Positions 13,748-28,077 are shown, counted from the whole stretch's first letter. The stretch: 62,927 bases of DNA, filler included, from Collodictyon triciliatum (GCA_043381765.1; 7 parts of 6 records of this genome joined end to end with filler, not necessarily neighbours in it), one strand, 5' to 3'. Notes: a model not told the origin generated them from the sequence alone. Program-made: numbers and translations.

Positions 13748-16700
13748 ATGGCCACCCGTCGCCCAGCCCCGCCACAGTCACAGTCACAGTCGCCTTCGCC
13801 TTCGCCTTCGCCTTTGCCTTCGCCTTCGGCCAATCAGAATCCACGCCCGATCGCCACCGCACCGCCGCAGACTCAGCGCGCAGCAGCGACGCCAGCCACG
13901 CCTTTGAAAGGAACGTCGCAGTCTGCGCCGAACACGCCGCTCCAAACAGCAGACCATTCGGGCTTCTACGACTCCATCAAGGCGCTCGGCCGTGGCGCTT
14001 TCGGCGAGGTTTTTCTTGTCAAGGAGAAGAAGTCCGGGAAGCTCTATGTCATCAAGAAGGTCAACCTCGAGATTCTCCGACCGAAGGAGCGCGTTCTGGC
14101 TGAGGCCGAGGTCTCCTTTCATTCTCATTCTCATTCTCATTCTCATTCTCATTTTATTCTCATTTTCATTCTCATTTTCATTCTCATTCTCATTCTCATT
14201 CTCATTTTCATTTTCATTTTCATTCTCATTCTCATTTTATTCTTTATTCTTTATTCTTTATTCACTTAATCCTTCATTCTCCAACGGCGCCATGTTTCAT
14301 GGGACTGTCTAATCACTGCACCGATTTCCTATGTTCCGTTTCAACGAATCACTCAATCGTTCCCATCGGTTAGGTCGAAATCCTCTCTTCCATGAAGCAC
14401 CACCCGCACATAGTGGCGCACAAGGAGAGTTATATCGACAGAACAAATAACTTATGTCTTGTTTTGCAATATTGCGATGGTGGCGATCTTGCTCAGGCCA
14501 TCAACCGTGCCAAACAGAATGAGACAAACTTCGCGGAAGAAGTAACAAATCCTTTATGAACTCACTTTATTTTTTAACGACATAATTGCGATTGTTTTTG
14601 ACGGCTCGTGTTGCTTCTTCTTTTTGGGAAAATAACTTATGAATTTTTTTAGACCAAAGCCGACGTCTTTATTTTGCTTGATTTTTTTTTTAAAAAAAAA
14701 TTTCAAATATGCAGCAAGTTGTCAATTGGATATGTCAACTGGCGTCTGCTCTTTCATATATTCATGCCAACCACATTGTTCATCGTGATTTAAAGACGTC
14801 AAATATCTTTCTCACAAAGAAGGATATCATCAAGCTAGGTGGTCTTTCAGTTATCTTAGTATTGATTAATGTCTCTATGTCGCAGTATCGAAGTCCATAG
14901 CTCAAAAACGATGGAAGTGGGTAATTATGCCACATTTTTTTCTTATCTTAATTATTTGTAGGGGATTTCGGGATATCCAAGATTCTAGAAAGCACGACTG
15001 ACCTAGCAATGACAGTGAGATTCAGACTTTAAAAATATCATCAAATGATCAAATGGTATAAATTGAAGATTTCATATATTTAGATGGTCGGCACCCCCTA
15101 TTACATGAGTCCAGAAGTTTGCCAAAACCAACCGTATGTTCACACCTTGTTATGCCTTTGTATAAATCATATTTTATAACCACCCTCCTTCATTTCTTTA
15201 ATAATTACTTGTGCAGGTATAATCAAAAATCTGATGTGTGGGCTCTTGGGTGTTGTATGTACGAAGTATGCACTCTCCAGCGAGCATTCGGAGCAGATGT
15301 AAAGAAAAATAAAGAATATATATTTATATTTGCTACTGTCATCTATTTTTATTTTTATTTTTTCGATAGCCTTCTTCTGAATGCTTTGATATTCATGAAT
15401 TTAGAGTTTGATGGGCCTTGTCTTCAAGATTGTCAAGGAGCAGCATCCTCCGATTCCAACCCGATATAGCGCTCAGCTTCGTGAGGTTTGTATTGGTGTT
15501 CACTTGGCTAAATTTTGTGCACTTGTAAAAACAACCGAGAAAAATAATCATATTTTCAAATGTCTCTTCGTAACAAATTATGACCATTTCCAGCTCATCG
15601 GCTCTATGATGGCAAAAAACCCACGGGAGCGCCCCTCAACAGAACAGATATTTCAATTACCCTATGTGAAGCAACATATGACCACGTTTCTTTTGGAAAC
15701 CCAGTGAGTCATGTCTTTTTTTTTTCTTCCATTTCTTTTTGTAATTCATTTGACATCATACATTCTTGTAACTTACATCGTAAATATACAAACCATGTAA
15801 AAACTTATATCACATTGCCGTTCATACAATTACTCCAACGACAAATTTTATCGCAAGATTCTTCGACTCGAAGGTCATCCCATCAAACCCGACTCCACAA
15901 TCTCATGTGCCAGGCAGTTCGATTCCTACTCCGGGAACAGGACATGGGCACAAGGATGTTTCAGTAATGACCTATATGCTACCATATTTAATGTTTTGGT
16001 TTCTATATTTATCACAACATCTTGGGAATCATACCCACATCTTACTATGATGAACATGTATCTCATGTTATGAATGACAGTTTGCACCAAATCAATTTTT
16101 TTTTTTCACGCCAAGGTTTACATGATGTCACAAATCTATAGGACTATTGCTTGCTTCATCATCTTGTATTTAAATGATATTTAATCATCAGAAAACTGAA
16201 CCAAAGGCAACCGCTGGGAATGTCCGACAGACAACACTCGAGCAAAAAAAAGGAATCCCAGAAAGGGTATAATCCGATTAACAATAAGTGACAAAGAAAT
16301 ATGACCCAATAACCGATATTAAAGCAGCTATATGCTCTTTGTATCATACAGAAACAGCCCAATCCTTCTTCCATTCCAACTCCAGTTCATGTTGTCGTTC
16401 AAACTCAAGTAGCAATCAACATTTCAACGCATATATAATTTTTTTTTTGCTACACCACGTTCATAGTATTTCGTTCCTATCAATTACCAGTAGTTTTTAT
16501 TCATGTTTTTTTTTTCCCATTACTAATTGTATTTAAACAGCCCTTGAAGGTCATGCCTCAAGCAAAACTTGTGGAAAGCAATAAAGCAACGCCAACTGGT
16601 GGCCTGAACGCACAAAGTAAAGGCCACAAAACCCGCTTCGACGATAACTCTGGCGATGAGGACAGTTCTTCTGTAGAAGAGTCCATCGAATTTGAAGGCT

Positions 16701-17611
16701 CTGAAGATGAAGGCTCTTCAGACAACCACTACGAAGATGATTTCGAGTCAGAATCTGACGATGAGGTTTTCTTAAAACGTGTTCATCAGACCCGCACCGA
16801 AATGTGTTTTGAAGAATGCTTATTTTTTCCCCTCTTCCTCTCTTATCAACATGCAGATAGTATTATGTTCGAAAGATAGAATAACGACAAATTGAATTTT
16901 TTTCAGACCTTGATTGCTGCAGTTCGCAAAGACTACCAACGTAATTTGAAGCAGAACAGCACAATGCCTCAAAAACCATCGACGGTGACACCAGCACAGC
17001 CAGCCAGGGCAAAAGTAGAGCCAAAGAAGCCAAATTCAAACTGTAATAATTTTTTCTTCTCAATAACTGCGAAGACGATACGCGAAGTACAACCGCAATT
17101 TGCTTTTTTTCTTTTTTTCTCTTTCAAAATGGCCCACAAGAAAATCCTTTGCTCTCACCAGATGATGAACAAATTGTTCGGATTAATCCAACTGAAGAGC
17201 AAGCCATGCACCGAAGAATCCAGAATATGTAAATCACAACGATAGATGAGTTATCAGAATACCTTGTTCCAGACCGTTTGTATGGCAATTAACATGTTAA
17301 AAACTTCATCTGCAGGCGAGCAGAATGTGAGAAACACTTTGGGCCAGAAAAATTTACCAAGCTCTACAAGCTTTTTCAAGACCAGGAAAAAACATCTGGA
17401 ACTGAATTCAGGCAGATACTTTTGATTTCTTGTTGTAGCATGTATACTTTATTGTCGCCGTTGTCGTTTTGAAAAGCACATAACATCACACGCTTACCCA
17501 CACGCCAACAGGAAGCAGATAGAGGAGCTTATCAGCTCAAATGACAGCAAATTCGGGCGGATGATTGAAGAAATTGTTTTTCTCGAAAGCCAACGCCTAG
17601 CAAAGTCTTAA
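13748..17611 (+). CDS. NIMA-related (NEK1/NEK4-like) Ser/Thr kinase, about 15 exons
   Basis: [68 protein letters not shown], an acidic linker, and a NEK-type C-terminal helix [28 protein letters not shown]. Confidence 0.95.
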
Positions 17612-18051
17612 TAATACTACGTACCGTAACAAGCACAGCCAGAATTCACCCCGAATACTATTTCATCGCTTTAAAGAAAAAGTACTATTAAATCGAAACC
17701 GATTTGAGAGTGGTGTTGAGAAAATAGAGTCTGTGGCTCTGAATTAAGCCCCGGACTTTGAAATGCAAAAATAGTTGGTTTACGATATAAAGCAAATAAA
17801 AAGTAAAAAAATAAAAAATAAATAAGTGGGTCAATAGGACAAGAACACATTTCATCCCGCCTGACATGGCAAATACCGAGGCATTCAGAATGACTCATCT
17901 GTTATGTGTGATTGTTAAATTATAGCACGATTAAGCAACCCTCCTCCAAACTGATTGACAGTATAAAGTGGAAAAACCAAGAGAATTACTATATCCAACT
18001 TTCTCCCACCAAAACACAAATATGTAATGTGGGTTGTTTCGAGTGTGTTTA

Positions 18052-18429
18052 TTAACCGCGCAGAGTGTTGCTGGCATCTTCGAGATTCCGCGCTTCGGCA
18101 TCGTTGAGTGGGAAGGGATTCTCATGGAACGCAGCTACACACAGAAATAATAGTAAGCATAGACTTGACGCCACAGCCTCTAGGCTCCGTTTCAAAAGAA
18201 GAGAGTGTACGATGTTCTTCTTTTTTTTAAGGCCATCACACAAACCGATAAACTCTGATAAAGTCGGGCGGATATCTGCACTTTTTACTATCGGGTTTGT
18301 TGCGGTTGCGTATTGAACCAGACGAATTATGGTATTGAAAAAGAACGGCGAGTACGGTGGCAGGACAGAGTTCAACATCTGATTATGATAGAAATAACAA
18401 TGTGCCAAGGTTCAAAAGAAAGGAAGAAA

Positions 18430-18527
<98 letters not shown>

Positions 18528-21500
18528 ATAAAAGCAGATGCAGCTGGTGGCTGCGGGCCAGTATGAAATCTTTCATTCGGAATTAGTTCCATGATATGAC
18601 GGAACCAACTTACCCTGTTGATAAAATGTCGGGAATACGCAGTGTCTGCCGTTCTGAGCCACTTTTCGACGGCTTCTAAGGTCTATTAATATGATAAATG
18701 ATTATTTTCTGCTTTTGGGAAGAGCATCAATATAATATATATATTTAGAAAAAAAGCACTTTTCTTTTGTCGGCATTCACCTGTTCGACATAATTGTTGG
18801 TGATTAGGTCAACAAAAAGATCCAAAATCTCTTTCTGTAATTCAATCTACCAAAGTATTATAAAAAGTGCATTAACGCGCACTGATAAAATGACATTTGA
18901 GTTGGAAAATTAAACAACAAAAAAAGGAAAAAAGGAAAAATATGGGAAACCCTCTCAAAGTGGATTACCGATCTGGAGCCTTCTTTCTTTGAAGTTTCCT
19001 CCAATAGCAAAACAAGGAGTTTCAAAATAGCACCACCTTGGAAACGATGCATCGGAATGAGCTGTTCAAAAAAGAAAGTGGGATAAATATATTGTATCGT
19101 GAGCACTCAGATCTTATGCAAGCGAGCGTACGGTCAAGTATCAAAGAAATAGGGTTACCAACTTTTTTGAGTAGAATAACATAGGTGGAGTGGGTCGCGG
19201 CGTGGTGGTTTGATAAGAAAAAGCTTTGGTCCTCAATACTCAGAACCAGCCAATTGACAAGGCCGATTCGAATTATGGGATGGCTTGATTTGGTTCTTGA
19301 GTCAAGGTCATCGTAATTGTCAATATGTAGAGACGAATTGTGATGTGGTGAAATAAATATTTCAACAAGAGTGGATACTGAAGCTGTGAGGTGATTGTTT
19401 CGATATGAGGAAGCATTTCGGTTCCCGTCACTATGAATAGTGTTTTTCATTTTTAATTTTGTTCATCAGTATTGCGCATAATATTGCCCATATGTAAGGT
19501 AGAAAGTGTCCTTTATCTAATTATGAATTTGTCTCACGATTTTTTCGGCATATCGGAACCACTAAGGATAATGCATTTAGAGTCTCCTGAAATCCTCGCA
19601 TTAAGAGAGCTCCCTGAATTGATATTAAGACGCTGATGTAAATGAAATGTCCAATCATGTGATTTCTGGAAAGCAAAAGGATATTTGAATCAAAGTTCAG
19701 TTGGTCGACAATCTTTCTTATGTACCGCACAAACCTCAACAACATCAACTTTCCCTGTTTCAAATACACGACAATCTTCGACACTGGACGCAAAAGCGAG
19801 AATGAAGTTATACTTTTCGGTCACACCCATGGCTATTTCTCGTCGATTGTTAAATAGGTCGCGGACCACAACCTCTTTTGGTGCAGGTTAGCAAGGAAAT
19901 AAAATAAAATATAGCTTAATCTGTTGTGCATAGCGATTGTCCAGGAGAGGCCATAATCAGGAAATCACAGACCCAAGAATCTAGGATGTCTCAAAAGCCT
20001 GACTGGGGGCGGGTTTGTCTGAGAGTATTGTCGATGAATCTAATGAATAGTCAAACCCTTAATATATAGGATGATAATATTTCATAAAGAAAATCAATTA
20101 TCCACGATGCATACAAGCATTTTAGACCTTTTCTTGCCGTTATTGATGGATATACATCATGCTATATTTATTGAACTACAAGCCTTGGATATATCTGCCG
20201 AATTTGTTGTCCCTGACTCAATTATCGATGTGATTCCAGCAGCAGCGTCGGGGTAGAGCATAGCCTCGGTAAAAAGTAGGGATAGCTTCAAGGATAAATT
20301 ACTCCTGGATAGATATCATCTTGGCATTAGATACGTAGCATACTTTCAATTGAGGTTTGGATGAGTTCCATGCTCACATGACACTGCTTTCGATCACTAT
20401 TTTAGTGATAATCCATCATTCAAAAGAAAAAAAAAACGTACTGTCTGAGAGCAACCGCTTCAACCTCTTGAATCAATCGACGATATGAATGACCGTCTGG
20501 AGATTGAGCCAAACGGTTTAATAGAGCCTTTTTTTTTCAGATGAAAGAATGTTGATTTATTTAGTGTAACATAAACCTTGACACAGCAGATTTGAGCGGA
20601 ATTTTGCATCATGGGTTTATGTGCATCAGTAATGTGAAAAAAAAAAAAAAGAAGAAGGAAAGAGGGATGCCAGATGTAAACAAAAAACCGAACCTGAATG
20701 TAGGTGTATGTGTGCTGCCCATTGCTGCAGAACGACTGGATGATTGTGTTGGATTTAGGTTGATTAGAAAAGAATTCACAAGCTTCGGATTGCGTGTAAA
20801 TACACCAACATTCTTTTTTAAATTTATATTACATATATTTTCTGCATTATCTACGTCCCACTCCTGTGAAAAATTTCACTGAGCATATGCAAAATAATTC
20901 AAAGTATAGCTAAATGTAAGAAAGGCATCTCACTGCAAAATCCTCGATTTGGAGTCGTAAAGTACGTTCATCTTTTGCTGATGATATGCGCTTCAAATGT
21001 TCTTTAATTGGGACAATAAGGAGCAAAACGTAGTTTAAGTAAGATCTTCGAGAGTCAAAAAGGTTGATTTAAAATCGTGTAAACATGATCAAACCTAAGA
21101 TAACGTTGTTGAAAACCATAAAATTTCCTGCTGCTGTACTGAGGGAGGCCATTTCGGTGTGATACCCAGCATCCGAGGTCAGCTAATTATTATTATTTTA
21201 GTTCTTTTTTATAACATTTTTTTATCGAACACCTCGCACAAATCAACTCTCACTGCGAAGTAGATATGCCATTTTGATGCTCACACTAAGGCTGCATCAT
21301 ATCATATTAAATTGCAAGTGCAAATAAGAGGTGAACTATTACCTGGATAGCAAGGTTTAACATAAGGCAATTTTTGTGCATTTCTGACAACTGGTAAATC
21401 ATATTGCGCCAGTATTCCTGACCAATCATCTCCTTCAGCCACTCTGGAGCGGACTTTCATGATTAAAGTTAGCAAGTAATGGGGTATAATACTAAAGTGG

Positions 21501-22236
21501 AGATCAAATATAAAAATAAAAATAAAATAAAAATAAAATAAAAATAAAATAAAATAAAATAAAAATAAAATAAAAATAAATGAAAAAATGTAAAAAAGAA
21601 AAAGAACATGAAATGAAAAGAAAATGAAAAGAAAATGAAAAGAAAATGAAAAGAAAATGAAAAGAAAATGAAAAGAAAATGAAAAGAAAAGAAAAAGAAA
21701 AAGAAAATTACTCACCGACATAGCGGCAAAGATCTGGTCTGTTTTGTTTGGATCAAAGTGTTTGACGACCATTTGGCGAAAGTTTGAGCGGATCGACTGC
21801 TCCACTTGGTCAGGGGCCATTCCAGTTGCCTGAAGCCAGTCCGAAAGCACATTGCACATGACAGGGACACCACGATATGAGGACGAGAAACCTTCGATCG
21901 CATCCTATCAAGGCCGAAGTGAAAACATCACCCGGACGCAGCAAAACAGACAGAGAGGCGTTTGGATAGCAGATCGTGCCAGCGAAGCGGTTCTTACCTC
22001 GGGGATGCCGGAAAGATTGATGAAACGAACGAGCGACTGGAAAACATCGCGCTGGAAGATCGCATCTGGCTGTCTCAGCTTGGACAATGCCTCTCTGGCC
22101 AGACGTGTTTGTATTCAGGGTTCGCTCAAAAAAAAAGCTTTGACACGACAGAGTGGAGAGCCGGAGTGAAACACACATACCTCTGCTCGTCGAGTTGTGA
22201 GCTCGAGCCCGCGTCGCCCGGCGCTTTTGCTGACAT
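18052..22236 (-). CDS. NELFCD: Negative elongation factor C/D (TH1-like), about 15 exons
   Basis: Spliced product PDAIFQRDVF..CNVLSDWL..VKHFDPNKTDQIF..APEWLKEMI..WRNMIYQLSEMHKNCLMLNLAIQ|LTSDAGY..NGQHTYTYIQ..NPPPVRLLRHPRFL..PPYSPFF is colinear with recalled human NELF-C/D motifs. Confidence 0.92.
18415..18528. repeat. (GAAA)n microsatellite in a NELF-C/D intron
   Basis: Direct observation. Confidence 0.95.
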
Positions 22237-24591
22237 GGCGCTTGTTTGTGAGGTAGTCGTCTTTGTGTAGGACTTTGGGGAGAATACTTTGGTCGGTTTT
22301 CCGGTCGTTGCTTCAGTGCAAGAATGCGCGATTCAAATCGCCTGTAAGATTACTTGCTTTTGGTGATGCCTCGACTGTGAAAAAAAGGAAAGAAAAGAGA
22401 GAATAAAACCAACGAAAACCACAGTGCAAAGCTTACGGCTACAATAATGAATAAAAACTCTTTCTAGCAATAAAGCGGCGCATGTATCACGCGGGGGCAC
22501 GCAGAATTACGGTCTGATATTGCGACAGAGAAGACTAAAGACGCATAAAATGCTTGTAATACGCTTACGTGATGCGTGGCTTGCATGTTAAACGCGGGGA
22601 TGCATTGAATCTACAATTGCCTCGCGTAAACATAGAAGTGTGCTTTCAGAGTCAGACTTTCGACTACGCCAACATTTTGTGGGGTAACAAGTGCAAAAAA
22701 TGCTCGGCTTTGGCCTTATCGAGTGCCAACTGAACCCACACTCGAACTTTATCTATTTCAGCTGGTATAACTGAATCCGAGACATAAAAGAAAAAGTATT
22801 CCTAGGTGGGGGTGTTACAACGCGGATATCAGTTGAGATGTTTGCATGAATAAAATGACCGAAGCGACTCAAAAAGTGATGCACATTCTTCGTGAAGGAG
22901 CAGAGAAAAAGTCTCACGTGCAGCAAATGAGGATTTTCTATGGTTAGCCCTAGCAGAGTCTTGATGCTTTCCTTAGCGAGCCGACCATCAACAGAAATCG
23001 CACCTTTACTCGCCATCAGCTACGATAGGAGGATGCATGTACATGACTGGCCAGTGGCGCATCGCAAACGCCTGAATGGCCTGCATCGGCGGATAGATTT
23101 AATACATGCAGCTATTAGGACGGCTTTTTGCTTTTCTTATTTCGACGGCGGCTTTGTCGAGTCCTGTCAACACATACCTGACATTTTTGCATTTCTCGAG
23201 TGATATCGCATCTTCTTAAAAGATAACTGATTATTTGTCAACATTTTGCATTAAATAATATATTCTATTTAATTACTTGAATATTAACAAATGGAAAAAG
23301 ACTAGAACATCAGATTATGCCGAATATATATAAAAGCCACATATAGATAATCATAACGAACTTCTTTATCAATCCAATTTTCCAGAAAGAGAAATATTGA
23401 GCCGGAGAATGGAATATGAATAATCTGCTTCAACCTGGCGAGTCAGTGTGGGCACAACAGCGGCAAAGGCCGCGCAAGGCAGAGGCAGAGGCAGAGACAG
23501 AGACAGAGACACACGGGCCCCAACACGCTGGCCCGCCTGAACATCCGCCTGCATGAAAATCACGCCGAACGTGTGCCACCCGGAAGCAGATCTCTCTTAG
23601 CGAAGCCACACCATTCCTCAACCGATTGCGACTCTGCAACAGACAAGCCACGAGTCAGATTTAGAAAACTCGACATATGGGACACTTTCAGAAGGATTAG
23701 CTAGGAAGTTGAGAATGCTGACAGTAATGGAAAGATCGACTTCAAACCTTGCTCCAAATCTCAAGGAAGTAAAAAGTTGCGCATGACTCTTCAAAAGCCT
23801 TCCTTTTATCTCTTAGTTTGTTTCTGTTGGCTTCAGTTTATTTTTTTGTACATCTTTTCCAGCCTGTAATTCGATGTCCTTCCTCAGCTGGTGCACCTCG
23901 GAGAAGATTATGGTTTGTCTGTAGTGGATGGATGTCTGATTCAATATTTTCCCTATGTGCTCATGGCTATTCAGAATAGCTGCAGAAGGGTGAAGTATCA
24001 TAAATCTTTTTCTGATGGAAACATAAAGAGTATTCCACGGTCAATATGTGAACTGAAATAATTGTAGTTATCGCAACCCTGATTCTGATTCAATGTCAAT
24101 TATTTTCTTTGATAAAGTTTTCAACTCTCAGTGAAACAAAGTTAGCTCTTTCAATCATGTCATCTAAAGGAAATGAACTTTAATACACTGGACGCCCTAA
24201 ATTTATTTACCCAAAATAGCAATTAGAATTCTTACTTTTTTATTCTATTGCATTTTTCCATTTGTTTATATAATTGCAGCTTCATATTACAGCCATATGT
24301 ATCCAAGCTCGAATTAGACTTTTCGAATGATTGTAATTTGGGGCTTCGTTTTTTTAAAGTTGGAGAAATTCTAAAGCAAGAAAATGATGAAATAAGATTT
24401 ATTATTCTAGTACAGATTGACCAATAAGTATCATTAAAAATTATCATGGCGAAATAAATAATCGAGTGATTTATCATCATCTAAATGTTTTTTTTTTAAA
24501 AAAAATAATGCAATCGCGCGATTTGTAATTGCATTCTCACAAGATAAAAGTACATAATAATACATATTCACGAATTGTATTGACAGAAAAC

Positions 24592-26984
24592 ATGGAGGAA
24601 AACTCGGGCCTCTCTCTAAAAAGCATTGTCTTTGGTAGGTAATCCAAATATTAATTAATCAAATGCCCTTCTAACAATTTCTCTTGCAGTTTGTATTATG
24701 ATGAGCCAACTCTTGTCCACTGCATGCCAAGCTTCCTCGATTTATACTTCTGGAGAGGGGCACCTTAATCAAGTCCGAGCTGTATCCATTACCCCCGATG
24801 GCACAAAAATCGTATCGGGAAGTGATGACAGAACTATAAAAATCTGGAATCTTTCTGATGGAGCTTTAATTCGAACTATAAATGGTCATACAAATTTGAT
24901 TTGGAGTGTCACAGCTACCCCAGATGGCTCGAAAATTATCTCTGGGGCTGCTGATGTTACGATTAAAATCTGGAATCTATCTGACGGAGCTTTGATTCGC
25001 ACATTGTCTGGTCATGCTGATACAATTTACTGTGTTTCTGTGACTCCTAACGAATTAATGTTAGTCTCTGGAAGTGCTGACACAACTATTAAAATTTGGA
25101 ATCTCGCCAATGGCTCTCTTATTCGCACGTTAAATGGGCATACAAACTTTGTACGTAGTGTTGCTATTACTCCTGACAGCCTAAAAATTGTATCGGGAAG
25201 CTCAGATAAAACTATCAAAATATGGAATCTTTCCGATGGAACCTTAATTAACACACTGTTTGGACATACCAGTAATGTGTGGAGTGTCAGTATTGCTCCA
25301 AATGGTTTAACAGTAGTATCTGGAAGTCAAGATAATTCAATCAAAATTTGGAGTCTTTCTGATGCAGTTTTGATTCGTACATTAATTGGTCATACAAATA
25401 CTGTTTTCAGTGTTTCTGTTACCCATGATAGCTCAAAAATCGTTTCTGGAAGTTGGGATAAAACAATCAACGTATGGAATATTTCGGATGGAAATCTAAT
25501 TCGCTCATTAATCGGACACCTTTCAGGTATTTTCAATGTTCACGTATCTAATTATAGCCTAGAATCTGTTTCTGTGGGCCATGACCGGACTGTGCGACTC
25601 TGGAATCTCTCTGACGGAAGCCCAATATACTCGAAAGGCTCGAGAGTAACTTCCATCGTGACATCCTCTGCCAAATCGATATTTATTACAGGGCATTCAG
25701 ACAACATCATCAGATTTTGGAGTTTGTCAAATGGAAATTTCGTTCGTTCGATGGCTATTCATTCTGATATTGTAAATGTATTGATACTCATTGCTGATAA
25801 CTCTAAAGTCATATCTGGAAGTTCAGATAAAACAATCAAGTTATGGAATGTCGATGATGGTTCTTTGATTCAATCATTTCAAGTCCATACGGAATCGGTG
25901 AACTGCGTCGCCATTACAAATAATGAAAAGATTCTAGTTTCTGGTAGCAGCGATAAAACCATCAAAATTACAAGAATGTCTGACGGAAATATAATTCGCA
26001 TATTAAATGGACACACTGAAATAATCACAAGTGTAGCTTTAACTCCTGATGGCTCAAAAATTGTTTCTGGAAGTTCCGATAAAACCATCAAAGTCTGGAA
26101 TTTTAATGACGGAACATTGGTACAAAATATAAATTTTCATACTGATGCAGTTAACTCTATTTCAATTACACCGGATGGAGCAAAAATTGTCTCTGCAAGC
26201 AGCGATAAAACAATCAAAATTACGAGCATTTTGGATGGAAGTTTAATTCACACTCTTAATGGGCACACAGGAATAATCAAAAGTGTTTCGATATCTCCGG
26301 ATGGTTCCAAGATTATTTCTGGAAGTAGTGACAGTACAATTAGAATTTGGAGCCAATCAAGTGGAATAACAATTAATATCATGAATGAACATGGAATTAC
26401 GATTAATGGAATATCAGTTCTCTCAGATGGCTCAAAATTTTTGTCAGGAAGCGACGATACAACAATGAAGATGTGGTATTTTCCTGATTTCAGCTTGACT
26501 TTGACGGTTTCAGGGCACAGCAGCTCAGTCAATAGTGTTGCTTTCAGCCCTGGTAAAACTAAAATTGTGTCTGGAAGTAGCGACAACACAATTAAAATTT
26601 GGAATTATGCTGACGGTTCTCTATCGCTTTCGATAAATGCCCATAAAAATTCTGTCAATAGTATTATTATTTCGGCTGATGAAACAAAATTCGTGTCAGG
26701 AAGCAGTGATAGCACCGTAATAATGTGGAATTTTTCGGATGGTGCTCAATTAAAAACATTTATCGGACATACCGCTGCTGTTCGAAGCGTTGCAATATCA
26801 TCAGATAATTCTGTGATTGTATCAGGAAGTGATGACATGACTATAAATATTTGGAAAGTTTCAGATGGAATTTTAATTCGCAACTTATCTGGGCATACGA
26901 AAGGAATAAATTCTGTTTTTATCACGCCTGATGAAACAAAAATTATTTCAGGCAGTGCTGATTTTTCCATAAAGATATGGAATT
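24592..26984 (+). CDS. Signal-peptide-bearing protein with at least 18 WD40 repeats; truncated by contig end
   Basis: Exon 24592-24634, 55-nt intron (GTAGGT..CTAAC..GCAG), then an open exon from 24690. Leader MEENSGLSLKSIVFVCIMMSQLLSTACQA precedes ~42-aa repeats GHxxxVxSVxITPDGSKIVSGSxDxTIKIWNLSDG. Confidence 0.9.
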
Positions 26985-27298
26985 NNNNNNNNNNNNNNNN
27001 NNNNNNNNNNNNNNNNNNNNNNNNNNNNTTAATTAATTAANNNNNNNNNNNNNNNNNNNNNNNNNNNNNNNNNNNNNNNNNNNNTTTTTCTCTTTTTTCT
27101 CTTTTTTCTCTTTTTTCTCTTTTTTCTCTTTTTTCTCTCTTTCTCTCTTTCTCTCTTTCTCTTTCTCTCTTTCTCTTTTTTCTTTCCTCTTTTTTCTTTC
27201 CTCTTTTTTCTTTCCTCTTTTTTTCTCTTTTTCCCTTTTCTTCTAATATCTTTCTCTTCCTTTCCTTATTCTTTTTATATCTACAATCGTTTCCCCAG

Positions 27299-28077
27299 AT
27301 GCTTAGAAGATGCATCATTAATGTCAGCGTTCGAGGACTTTAAGGATTTGAAGATACTATGCCAAACGAAGGTCTACAACGAGCGAGTATTGCTGGTATC
27401 CAAGTGCCACGGGATTGTGAAGGATTTGGTTAGTCATTCTATTCTGTGTTAAAAGACTGTCATTTGAGTGTGATACCACTCGACAGCTTATTGGCTTAAT
27501 ATCTATATTTTTGAAGTCCAGAGTGAAAAATAATTCCCTCCGATGCAACATCACTGGTTTCTTAAATTTGTCGCAATTTAATCATGATGTTGATTTGCAT
27601 GCTAATTTAATCATTACACCATCATCATTTATTACATTAATACGCAGGAGAGATTATTGGAAAAGATGATGCTTGTTTATTCAAACATACAAAAGTACGA
27701 AAAAGGGCTTGATTCACCCATTCCATTCCAGACAGCACCTGTATCCACGTTCTGTACGTAATTGTACTCGCATACACATAAAAATGGCATCGCAAAACGC
27801 GTAGATTGAAGCACCTATTTAAAGTTTTAAAACTGTATGTTTGCCTCTAGTGAACTGGTGTGAACAGATCCGCTCCATGCATGCTAAAGAGCTGGAGGCG
27901 GTTCAAGCCATTCTTGACAAGGTTCTTACAAGTTCGGACAGAGCAGATTCGGTATACTTCCTCACGATGCTGCAGATGGAGCCGCACATAGACACCACTT
28001 TAATCCATCAAATATCATGCTTTGCCGCGTCAGAAACGAATTTCCTCATACCCACAATCTCGAAACCGCAATCTTAG
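27299..28077 (+). CDS. CINP-like (CDK2-interacting protein family) 3' exons
   Basis: Three phase-compatible exons give PIPFQTAPVSTFLNWCEQIRSMHAKELEAVQAIL..VYFLTMLQMEPHID, resembling the CINP tail (PLFHTWPTTHF..MYRKELLLK..SYLSMWLHQPYVE). Confidence 0.55.

Noticed and set aside
22750-24480. Short ORFs between NELF-C/D and the WD40 gene
   Set aside because: No coherent exon chain or recognisable motif; possibly decayed element debris.
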